DNA of 32,000 nt from Mycoplasmoides genitalium G37 (lineage in GTDB: Bacteria > Bacillota_I > Bacilli_A > Mycoplasmatales > Mycoplasmoidaceae). This document shows positions 10,511 through 20,176 of the stretch, one piece after another (positions within the stretch are counted from its first letter, which is position 1; every line of letters begins with the position of its first letter). A model generated the notes under the pieces. It saw nothing but the letters and a program-made list of their open reading frames with translations. It ran no database searches and was not told the DNA's origin. A program made the position numbers and the translations under genes. The DNA lies in NCBI RefSeq assembly GCF_000027325.1, contig NC_000908.2, positions 300,001 through 332,000 on the forward strand, in the 5' to 3' direction.

Positions 10511-12808
10511 ATGAAGCTCAAAGGTTTTTTAGCTGTTGGTGTTAGTGTTTTTGGTTTTTCTGGTTTACTGATGGCTTGTAGTGTTGTAAGTCAGTTTGAT
10601 CAAGTGGATGATGGCAAAATTAAGCTAGCATCTTCATTAACTTCGAAACGCGCAGCGGAAGCTTTAGAGACAGTAGTTAAAAAATATAACGATACTAAAG
10701 ATCCTGGTGATTATCCAATTGAAATAGTACAAATTGCTGGGGGTTATGATGGGGGTAAAAAGGATGTTCAAACCAAGGTTAGTACCAAAGATAAAAATAA
10801 CTTTTATAACCTGATTTTAAACTATCCAGAAATAGTAAGTACCTTATCAAGGTCTAAAATGGCTTTGAATTTTGATGGGGTTAATGTTGATAAACTCCAT
10901 CCTAACTTTTTAAGCTTTAACAGCAGAATAGGTGGAATTAGAGATGATGGAATCTATGCTATTCCAATATCTATGTCCACTGATCTGATGGTCATTAATG
11001 GCCCTGTTTTACACTATATTCTAAACAGTGCTAGAAAAGAAGGTACACCAACTAGCACTACTGTTCAAGCAACTGTCAGTTCAAGAAGTGCAGAAAAAAA
11101 AGGTACATTAGAAATTGCAAATGATAGTGAAACTACTAAACTTTGACAGAACATCCAAACCACTGCTCAAAACAACAGTAATGAAACAACTAAGGAGCAA
11201 AAACAAGTAAAAAGATCTAGTAGTTCTTCATCTACAACATCTACTACTGGTGAAACTAAAGATACTACAAAATCAGATAACAAGATTAAAGAGTTTTGGG
11301 GTGAATATCAAGAAGTGGATGGAGGGTTAAAGAATTTTACCTTTAAAGCAAGCATCTTTGAAAACTGAAATGAAACGTTAGATTTTGCTACTAGAATAGC
11401 AAACTCTTTTCCTGAAAAGGTTAAAAATATAACAAATAAAACTGGGCTTGATTTACAAGGTGTTTTAGGAGTTGATAGTAGTTCTAATGCACTTTATGCA
11501 GCAGTTTTTGCAGCTGGTCAAGCTAACTATGATAACTTCTTTTTTAACATCGATAAAAGAACTGGTTATGCAGATTACTCTAACTTTTTAAATAAAGATA
11601 GTTCATACCAAAATTTAGAGAGTGTTTACAATGACTTTTATAAATTAATCCAAGCTAATGGTTTGTTTGTTAACCGTGGTGGTTCCTATTCATCCAACTT
11701 TGAAAAATTTCACCAATTGGCATTCTCAGTATCTTCTTCTGGAGGATACAGTTATTACTTTGCTAAAGATAATGCTAAGCGCTTAAAGTTTAGTAATTAT
11801 GCTATTGAATATCCTAGTTTTACCCAAACAATTCAAGCTCCTAATTCTTCAGAAACAGAAAGTAATTTACTTGGTACTTTTAAATTAAGTGAAAAAGATA
11901 TCAATCTATATAAAGGTTCAATTCCTAGTGGAAAACAACAAGGAGTTGATGCTATCTTAATTAGTAACCCAAACTTAATTAATATTCTTGAACAAGCAAA
12001 ACAAAAAAACACTGCACAAGGAAGTGAATCAACCACTAACAAGATAATAGGTTATACCACCACTGCAAATGTTAATGTTGATAATCAAAACATCTTTTCT
12101 GTTAGCAAACTTAACAACGAACAGTTTCAAAGAAAAATCATTGTTAATGCCACTGAAGAAACACTTGATCAATCCCAAACCTTACAGAGCAATGAATCAA
12201 TTGTTTTACCAATGCCTGGTAAATACAAATCAACTGATAAAAATAAAGTAATGATCACCCAAGGTCCTAACTTAATAGGCATCCATGCAAATGAAAAAGA
12301 AAATATTGAAACTAAAAAATTTGTTAATTGGTTTTTAAATCAAAGTATTACAGATTGGAATAGTAATAATCAGCAAAAAAATAGTGATCAAACAACAAAA
12401 ACTGCTGCTGAATATTTCACTGATCAAGCTTCTTACATCCTTCCTTTAAAGGAAAAATTTAACAAAAGTTCAGATTTAGAATTGAAAGGCAGTAGTAGTT
12501 CTTCTAATTTAACAACCAGTAGTGCTAGCGCCTCTTTGTTAATAAGTAATAATAGTTCAACTGCAAGTTCTCCTGCTCCTAAAAAAACAAACAATAATTC
12601 TAATACCTTTACAGCTAAAGCACTAGAATTATTCCAACAAGCTGCTAACAATGAAATTATTCCCTTTAGTGATCCAAGTGACTTTAGGAACGGCACATTC
12701 CGTAATAATATAAGCAGTAGTTTTAATGCTGCGGTGAATTCTAAGGTTAGTTTTAATCAATTTGTCCAAAACTTTATTAATAGTTTAGGATCTGGATTTA
12801 GAAGATAA
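10511..12808 (+). CDS. Large surface lipoprotein, 765 aa (MG260-like)
   Basis: Signal peptide [23 protein letters not shown] with lipobox LMAC. Fragments 10511..11146 and 11663..12808 in one frame. Low-complexity Ser/Thr linkers ([27 protein letters not shown]). Confidence 0.9.
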
Positions 12809-12845
12809 TTAGTTAACCTCCCCCAACCTCTATTTTCTGTTACTA

Positions 12846-13241
12846 GTGCCTAAGGTGGCATTAGAGTATCACAACCTGAATAACCAAGTAGTCAAAGAGA
12901 GTTTGGAAGTGGAAGCAACTGATTCTTTTGATCCCACCCAAGGGTTGCAAAAAGATAGTCCAGTGAAGGATTCAAGTAAACAAGGGGAGAAACTCCAAGA
13001 GACCATGTCATCAATGAGTGGTATGGCTACCTCTACAAGAGATAAAGCCCTCAAGATTGAGGTGGAAAGGGGGAGTCAAAGTGATTCACTTTTAAAAAAC
13101 GACTTTGCTAAAAAGCCACTGAAACATAAGAACAGTAGTGGGACAGAGGTGAAGTTGGATTCACAGAAGGATTTTCCCCAAGGAAAGGTTTGAAAACCGG
13201 TGTTGAAAACAGATGAGATAGAAAAAAATAGGGGGATGGGG
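12846..13241 (+). pseudogene. mgpB-like fragment (segment 1), non-expressed donor sequence
   Basis: VPKVALEYHNLNNQVVKESLEVEATDSFDPTQGLQKDSPVKDSSKQGEKLQETMSSMSG...KPVLKTDEIEKNRGMGAT resembles an internal part of P140. Confidence 0.82.
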
Positions 13242-13242
13242 G

Positions 13243-13823
13243 CGACTTAGACTTTCTCCCCTGAATCGGCAATGGTAAACCCTTCTCCAACTCCCCCTCC
13301 CCTTCAACTTCCGCTTCCTCAACCCCACTCCCCACTTTTTCTAACATTGGCGTAGGGGTTAAATCAATGATCACTCAACACTTAAATCAGCAAAACACCC
13401 GGTGGGTGTTTACACCTGGTAGTACACCAGACATTTGAACAGGAGCAGGTTATAGAAAAGCTAATAACAACAATAACGGCATCCCTTTTGAACAGGTGAA
13501 ACCTAGTAGTAGTAGCAACACGTTTAATCCCAATTCAGATGATAATAAAGTCACACCATCAGGTGGCTCCTCCAAACCAACCACCTACACCCATTTACCC
13601 AACAGTATCAGTCCCACCAGTGACTGGATCAACGCATTAACCTTCACCAATAAGAATAACCCCCAGCGCAATCAGTTGTTGTTAAGAGCGTTATTAGGAA
13701 CTATTCCGGTCTTGATCAATAAGAGTGGAACGGGAGATCAATTTAACAAGGATAGTGAGCAAAAATGAAACGAAACAGATAAATTAGGAGGCAACCTCCC
13801 GGGGTTTGGGGAGGTGAATGGTG
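13243..13823 (+). pseudogene. mgpB-like fragment (segment 2), in a different frame from segment 1
   Basis: [113 protein letters not shown]...GGNLPGFGEVNG resembles a later part of P140. Confidence 0.82.
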
Positions 13824-13829
13824 CTTCTT

Positions 13830-14145
13830 ATAAGATTTTTACTTATTTAATAATTAAAAAAAGTGTTAGGTTTTTTTAGTTTTTTATCTATTTAATATTT
13901 AAGAAATTCTCAAATTTTTCTTAGTTTTTTATTTGTTTAATAGTTAAAAAAAGCGTTATGTTTTATCTATTTTATTAGTTAAAAAAGTTTTGAATTTTTA
14001 TCTATTTTTAGTTAATAAAAGTCTTATGTTTTTATCAAATTTTTATCTGTTTTTTGGTTAAAAAAGTTTTAGATTTTCTTTCTTAAATTTATTTATTAAA
14101 TAGTTAATAAAAGTGTTAAGTTTTATCTATTTTTAATTAATAAAA
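13830..14145. repeat. Very AT-rich spacer made of degenerate tandem repeats
   Basis: Repeated core resembling TTTTTATCTATTTTTTAGTTAAAAAAAGTNTTATG. The (a/g)(a/g)TTAA elements lie near 13852, 13942, 13977, 14010, 14056, 14102 and 14135, mostly 33-46 bp apart. Confidence 0.8.
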
Positions 14146-15232
14146 CCTCGACCCCTCTTCCTATCAAATCGCTGACCAAACCATCCATAACACCAACCTG
14201 TTTGTGTTGTTCAAGTCTAGGGATGTGAAGCTTACATATAGTTCAAGTGGCTCAAATAACCAGATTAGTTTTGATTCAACTAGTCAAGGTGAAAAACCCT
14301 CCTATGTGGTCGAGTTTACTAATTCCACCAACATTGGCATCAAGTGAAGGGTAGTGAAAAAGTATCAGTTAGATGTACCGAATGTTACCAATGAGATGAA
14401 CGATGTACTGAAAGAATTGATCCTAGAACAACCCCTTACCAAGTATACCTTAAACAGTAGTTTGGCCAAAGAAAAGGGCAAAACCCAAAGGGAGGTGCAT
14501 CTGGGTAGTGGGCAAGCAACTAATTGACGATCGATGCGTAACTCCATTGGTCTGAATGACAATCCCAGCCCCAATGCTTCAACTGGGTTTAAATTAGACA
14601 AAGGCAATGCATATAGAAAACTAAGTGAATCCTGACCAATTTATCAACCAATTGATGGGACCAAGCAGGGCAAAGGGAAGGATAGTAATGGGTGGAGTTC
14701 AACTGAAGCAACAATGGCAGCAGGGGATGCGCCCCTAAGTACAGGAGGGAGATCATCAGATCAAAGTAATAAATTCACCAAGTACCTCAACACCAAGCAA
14801 GCATTGGAAAGGATCGGCATCTTGTTTGATGGGGATGGAATGAGGAATGTGGTTACCCAACTCTACCAACCCAACAAGGTGAAAAGTGGTCAATATCAAC
14901 AAAATAACACCTACAACAGGTTAATTGAGCCTGACAATGCAACAAGTGCAGCGAGCAGCATGACCAGCTTGTTAAAGCTGTTGTCTAGTAAAAACATCAA
15001 ACAGAAGTTGGGGAAGGGGGGAACAGCAATGCAGGGAAATAATGGTGGAGGGGGTGTTAGTCAAACGATTAACACCATTACCACTACGGGAAATATTAGT
15101 GGCAATGGAACCATTCAAACGGCTTATCCGGTGAAAAAAGATGAAGCTTCAAATGTAGCGATCAATTCCTTGATTAACGCTACGCCCTTGAATAGTTATG
15201 GGGATTTAAATAATGCTAGTTTTTCTAAATAA
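14144..15232 (+). pseudogene. Mosaic adhesin archive: mgpC-like, then mgpB-like, then mgpC-like, in one continuous open frame (363 codons including stop)
   Basis: 14147-about 14860 resembles P110 (SSYQIADQTIHNTNLFVLFKSRDVK...KYLNTKQALERIGILFD). About 14861-15102 resembles P140 (LYQPNKVKSGQ...SQTINTITTTGNIS). About 15106-15206 resembles P110 (GTIQTAYPVKKDEASNVAINSLINATPLNSYGD). Confidence 0.82.
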
Positions 15233-15263
15233 TTAAATTGTTAATAACAAAAAAATCTCTATT

Positions 15264-15289
15264 AAAAAAACCAACTTTAAAGTTGGTTT
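15264..15289 (-). terminator. Intrinsic terminator downstream of tRNA-Arg(UCG)
   Basis: 22-nt perfect palindrome AAACCAACTTTAAAGTTGGTTT (15268-15289), followed on the minus strand by a further T run. Confidence 0.75.
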
Positions 15290-15300
15290 GAAATTCTAAA

Positions 15301-15377
15301 TGGCGCGCCCAATAGGACTTGAACCCATAACCTTCTGGTCCGAAGCCAGACACTCTATCCGATTGAGCTATGGGCGC
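15301..15377 (-). tRNA. tRNA-Arg(UCG)
   Basis: Reverse strand GCGCCCATAGCTCAATCGGATAGAGTGTCTGGCTTCGGACCAGAAGGTTATGGGTTCAAGTCCTATTGGGCGCGCCA, full cloverleaf, anticodon TCG. Confidence 0.95.
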
Positions 15378-15466
15378 ATATATTAATAAATTTTATTAAT
15401 ATAAGCAAGAACAATCTAATTCTTTATTAGAATTTAAACGATTTCATCTAATAGTTCAAATCACAT

Positions 15467-15697
15467 ATGGCAAAAGATAAAAAAAATAAGGTTGATGGAA
15501 CAGAGCAATCAGTTGATCTATTTGAACGTACAAAACTTGAAGATACACAAGTTTTAAATGAAGTTGAACTTGATGATATTAAAAAGATAACAGAGCTTAG
15601 AAAAGAACTTGAACATACTTTTGAACCACAAACAAGAATGCAAATTAAGCGTGAAATTAAAGAAATAGAACGCAAAATGAAACGTTCTAGTCGCTAA
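15467..15697 (+). CDS. Small highly charged hypothetical protein, 76 aa, directly upstream of dnaE
   Basis: ATG start and TAA stop directly abutting the TTG ATG of dnaE. Lys/Glu-rich, predicted helical (ELRKELEHTFEPQTRMQIKREIKEIERKMKRSSR). Confidence 0.65.
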   Translation: MAKDKKNKVDGTEQSVDLFERTKLEDTQVLNEVELDDIKKITELRKELEHTFEPQTRMQIKREIKEIERKMKRSSR

Positions 15698-15700
15698 TTG

Positions 15701-18325
15701 ATGTTTGTTAATTTACATACAAATTCATACTATAACTTTCTCAATTCTGCCCTTTCTCCTAAAAAGCTAGTTAATCTAGCAATTAATGATCAGCAAAAAG
15801 CTGTTGCTATTACAGATCCTAATCTTTTTGGCGCTGTTGAATTTTTTATAACTTGTAAGCAAAATAATATTAAACCAATTATTGGTTTAAACTTAACTGT
15901 TGAATACCAAAAAAATGATGTTAAGTTATTACTAATTGCTAAATCAAATAAAGGCTTTCAAACGTTGAACAAAATAGCATTAATTCAACAAAAACTTGAA
16001 ATTAATTCTTTAGTTGATCAACTAACAGATATTGCAGTAATTATCTGTTCTTTAACAACATGAAAATCTACTTATAAGGATGTTTATCAAGCAAAAGGAA
16101 TTGAAATAAATCAAACCCCGATTGCCATTCTTGCAAATGCTGTTAACTGTGAAAAAACTAATAGCGATCAAGTAGTTTTAACAGTTTTGAAACAAATGAA
16201 ACAAAACCAAACGGGAAAAATAACTACATTTGATTGGGATCTTAAACAAAAATTAAATCAAATTTCAATTAATGAAAATTTAAAAGTAAAGAGTGAAATT
16301 CAACCTTTTTTAGATCAAAAAACTGCACAACAATTATTCAGTGAAACAGAACTTAATAATCTGAATGATCTAGTTAATAGATGTGAATTAGATTTGGAGC
16401 ACCTAAAAGCTGCTTCACTTTCTTTAACTGATAATGATGCAGCAGTTTTAGAAAGTTTGTGCCAAACCAATTTAAAACAGTTTTTAGATAAAAATCAAGA
16501 TCTAAATAAAAAAGCCTATCAGCTACGTTTAGAGAAGGAATTAAATGTTATCAATAAACTTAATTTTGCTAGCTATTTTTTAGTTGTCAATGATCTTGTT
16601 AATTATGCTTTTAAAAAGGACATCTTAATTGGTTCTGGTAGAGGTTCTGCAGTAGGATCATTAGTGGCTTTTTTATTAAACATTACCAAGATAGACCCAG
16701 TCCAACACCAGCTTATTTTCGAACGTTTTATCTCAACCCACCGTCAAGATCTACCTGATATTGATATTGATATCATGGAGAATAAAAGAGCAGAAATGAT
16801 AAATTATCTGTTTGAAAAATATGGCAAAGAAAACTGTGCACAAATTGTTACTTTTCAACGTTTTAAAACCCGTTCTGCTGTTAAAGAAGTTGCTAAATTA
16901 TTTAATGATTATGGCATTAGTGACATGATCCTAGGAGTGTTACCTAAAGATCAAACTATAACATTCACTGATCTTAAAGCTACTGAAGATAGTGCTTTAC
17001 AACTTTGTTTACAACAGTTTGGTTTAATTGTTGAATTAGCACTAGCAATAGTTGATTTTCCAAGACAATCAAGTATCCATGCTTCAGGCATAGTTATCGC
17101 TTCAAATTCTTTGATTAAAACCATTCCCTTGTTACAGCTTGACAATAATCACTTTTTAACTCAAGTTTCAATGGAATGGTTAAGTTTTTTTAATCTCAAT
17201 AAGTTTGATCTGCTTGGTTTAATTAACCTTACTATGATTAGCGATGTAATTACCCAAATTAAACCATCTAACCAGACCGTTAACCAGTTTTTAAATACCA
17301 TTTCTTGAACTGATCAAAACACCTTTATAAACTTAGTAAATGAAGATACACTAGGAATCTTTCAACTTGAATCGTTTGGCATGAAAAAATTACTGGTTCA
17401 GATTAAACCTAAAACCATTAATCAACTAGCAATTGTTCTAGCGCTTTACAGACCAGGTGCACAGGATAACATTAACCTTTTTATTAACCGCTTGCACAAT
17501 GGTTATGATCAATCTGACATTGATCCTAGGATTTTACCCATTGTGAAAAATACCTATGGAGTTTTAATTTTTCAAGAGCAGATCATTAACATCGTTAAAG
17601 TTGTGGCTAACTACTCTTTAGAAGAAGCAGATAGCTTCCGTAGAGCCATTTCTAAAAAGGATGTTAAATTGATCCAAAAAAATAAGCGTAACTTCTTTGA
17701 AAGAGCAGTTCAAAATAACTTTGATTTAAAGACTACTACCAAAATTTTTAGCTACATAGAACGCTTTGCTAACTATGGGTTTAACCTTTCTCATGCGTTG
17801 GGTTATGCACTGCTTTCATACTGAACAGCTTGACTTAAAACTAACTATCCTGTTTATTTTTATTTATGGTTATTAAACCATTTTCAATCTAGTAAAGACA
17901 AACAAAAACTAATTATTAGAACTTTAGAAAAAAGTGGTATTGAAATTTATCCACCTCTTTTAAATAAAGCTCAACCAAATAGTGTTATAGAAAATAAAAA
18001 AATTTATTTAGGTCTAAACCTAATTAAGGGAATTAATGACAGGTACATCCAAAACTTACAAAAAGTGCAACATTTAATTCAAACTCAAAATAACTTACAA
18101 CTAACTGATGTAGTAAGTTGGTGTTTGGATAAAACCATTGGTGATATCCCTTTAAAAGATTTACTTTTATTAAAAACTATGGGCTGTTTTGATTTTTTTG
18201 AATACACTTATGACTTTAATGATGCAAAGGATTTTTGAATTAAAAGCGATCACCTATTGTTTACCAGAATGCCTTTAGAAAAAAAGGATAGTAATTTTTG
18301 AATTAAACAATTTTTTACCAATTAG
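15701..18325 (+). CDS. dnaE: DNA polymerase III alpha subunit, DnaE type, 874 aa
   Basis: Fragments 15698..16063, 16187..17308 and 17381..17824 in one code-4 frame to TAG 18323-18325. PHP-like N-terminus, GSGRGSAVGSLVAFLLNITKIDP, PDIDIDIMENKRAEMINYLFEKYG, FERFISTHRQDLPD. Confidence 0.94.
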
Positions 18326-18331
18326 TTGAAC

Positions 18332-19207
18332 ATGAAAAAAGCAATCCTGATTGATGGCAATTCCTTAGCATACCGTGCTTATTTTGCAACGTGAAAACAA
18401 GTTGAATATGCTAAGCAAAATAATTTACCTTTCAATAATGCAATAAGAACAATGTTACTAATGTGTTGGAATTTAATTAAAGCCAATGTTTATCAATATG
18501 GAATTGTAAGTTTTGACACTAAAGCGCCAACTTTCCGTGATCAAATCTATGAAGGATATAAACAAAAAAGGGTTAAAACTCCAGTTGAACTTTTAGTACA
18601 AATTCCTCTAATTAAACAAGCGCTTGTTTATTTAGGGTTTTTAGTTTGTGAAAAAGATGGCTTTGAAGCAGATGATTTGATTGGTAGTTATGCCAATTTA
18701 TTTACAAAGCAAGAAATAACAGTTGATATTTACAGTTCAGATCGAGATATGTTGCAATTAGTAAACGCCTTTACTAATGTGTTTCTCTGTATTAAAGGTA
18801 CAAAGGAGATGGTTATGTACAACAATGAAAATTTCAAATCACTTTTTTATGGTTTGGCGCCCTATCAAGTTGTTGAATATAAGGGGTTAGTTGGTGATAA
18901 CAGCGATAATTTAGCAGGGATTAAAGGGATAGGTCCCATCAAAGGGATAGAATTACTCCAACAATATGGAACCATTGATAACATCTACACTAACTTCAAT
19001 AATCTCCCCAACCAACTTCAAAAACTTTTAAATAACCAAAAGGAAATAGCTAAAACCTTTAGTTTTCTAGCTAAAATTAAAACTGATATTGAACTTGATC
19101 AAAACATAGATCTTACTGGTTTAAAACCAATCCAAAAACAAGCGTTAATTCAACTTCTAAGTGAAAACAAAATTAATACTTTAGTTGAAAAATTTTCAAA
19201 AATATAA
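18332..19207 (+). CDS. Stand-alone 5'-3' exonuclease related to the PolA N-terminal domain, 291 aa
   Basis: MKKAILIDGNSLAYRAYFATWKQ..., FRDQIYEGYKQKR, DGFEADDLIGSYA, YSSDRDMLQLV, GDNSDNLAGIKGIGPIKG. No polymerase domain follows. Confidence 0.92.
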
Positions 19208-20061
19208 TGCCTGAACTTCCTGAAGTAACTACTGTTATTAATGAACTTAAAGAAACTGTTTTAAATAAACCTTTAGATCAAGTTCAAGTTAACCTAAGAA
19301 AGGTTTTGAAAAATATTGATCCTCAATTGCTGAATAAACAATTAAAAAATCAGTTTTTTACTGATATTAAGCGTAAGGGTAAATATATCATTTTTCTTTT
19401 AAGTAATGGTTTGTATTTAGTTTCGCATTTACGTATGGAAGGTAAATACTTTTTTGAAGAAAGAGGTAGTAAATTTAATCAAAAGCATGTTTTAGTAGAA
19501 TTTCATTTTGATGATGGTAGTCAACTCAATTATCATGACACCAGACAATTTGGAACGTTCCATTTGTATGAAAAGTTAGAACAAGCAGCACAATTAAATA
19601 AACTTGCATTTGATCCTCTAGAAGCTGGTTTTGACTATAGGAAAATCTTCCAAAAAGCACAAAATTCAAAACGTAAAGTTAAAACTTTTATTTTAGACCA
19701 AACAGTGATTAGTGGAATTGGCAATATTTATGCAGATGAAATCTTATTTGCAAGCAAAATTAATCCTGAAACAATGGTTGATCAACTAACAATTAAAGAG
19801 ATAGAGATTTTATGTAAAAATGCTACCAAAATTTTAGCTAAAGCAATAGTTATGAAAGGTACTACCATCAGCAGCTTTAGTTTTAAAAAAGATCATACTG
19901 GAGGCTATCAAAACTTTTTAAAAGTTCACACTAAAAAAGATCAACCTTGCTCAGTTTGTAACCAATTAATTGTTAAAAAGAAGATTAATGGAAGGGGGAG
20001 CTATTTTTGTTTAAACTGTCAAAAAATCACAACCAAAGTTTCTACAAAACTCAATCCATAA
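19207..20061 (+). CDS. mutM: Formamidopyrimidine-DNA glycosylase, 284 aa
   Basis: MPELPEVTTV catalytic N-terminus, ISGIGNIYADE, C-terminal zinc finger CSVCNQLIVKKKINGRGSYFCLNCQ. Start overlaps the upstream stop (TAATG). Confidence 0.96.
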   Translation: MPELPEVTTVINELKETVLNKPLDQVQVNLRKVLKNIDPQLLNKQLKNQFFTDIKRKGKYIIFLLSNGLYLVSHLRMEGKYFFEERGSKFNQKHVLVEFHFDDGSQLNYHDTRQFGTFHLYEKLEQAAQLNKLAFDPLEAGFDYRKIFQKAQNSKRKVKTFILDQTVISGIGNIYADEILFASKINPETMVDQLTIKEIEILCKNATKILAKAIVMKGTTISSFSFKKDHTGGYQNFLKVHTKKDQPCSVCNQLIVKKKINGRGSYFCLNCQKITTKVSTKLNP

Positions 20062-20176
20062 ATTTTTTAAAACTTTAAATATCTTAAAATTAACTTTTAA
20101 CAAACTAATTGAAAACTTTATTTAACAAAGTAATGCTGTAATTAATCAATTAGTTAATGAACATTAAATAACATTT

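Larger units (their letters stand above)
12830..15232 (+). repeat. MgPar-type silent repeat of mgpB (P140) and mgpC (P110) adhesin gene segments
   Basis: Translated fragments closely resemble remembered P140 and P110 sequence. No start codon or signal peptide belongs to a complete adhesin, and frames change between segments. Confidence 0.9.

Noticed and set aside
12069-12251. Plus-strand ORF inside the lipoprotein gene in another frame
   Set aside because: Fully nested in a well-supported CDS and without independent support.
11833-12696. Minus-strand ORFs 11833..12042 and 12433..12696 opposite the lipoprotein gene
   Set aside because: Leu/Ala-rich antisense translations are the expected shadow of Ser/Thr/Asn-rich coding sequence.
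12869-13374. Antisense ORFs 12869..13054 (-) and 13108..13374 (-) in the adhesin archive
   Set aside because: They lie opposite sequence with clear P140 similarity and have no recognisable domains or upstream signals. Most likely codon-bias shadows of the sense strand.
13496-13520. AGT trinucleotide run (AGTAGTAGTAG) in the archive as a phase-variation microsatellite
   Set aside because: Only 3-4 units, in a silent region. It would vary Ser count rather than switch expression.
13830-14145. Possible CRISPR array in the repeat-rich AT spacer
   Set aside because: Units are degenerate, irregularly spaced, without unique spacers of constant size, and no cas genes are present.
20062-20176. Intergenic AT-rich region between mutM and the HAD gene considered for a small RNA
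   Set aside because: Only imperfect A/T repeats were seen, with no conserved RNA signature or convincing hairpin.
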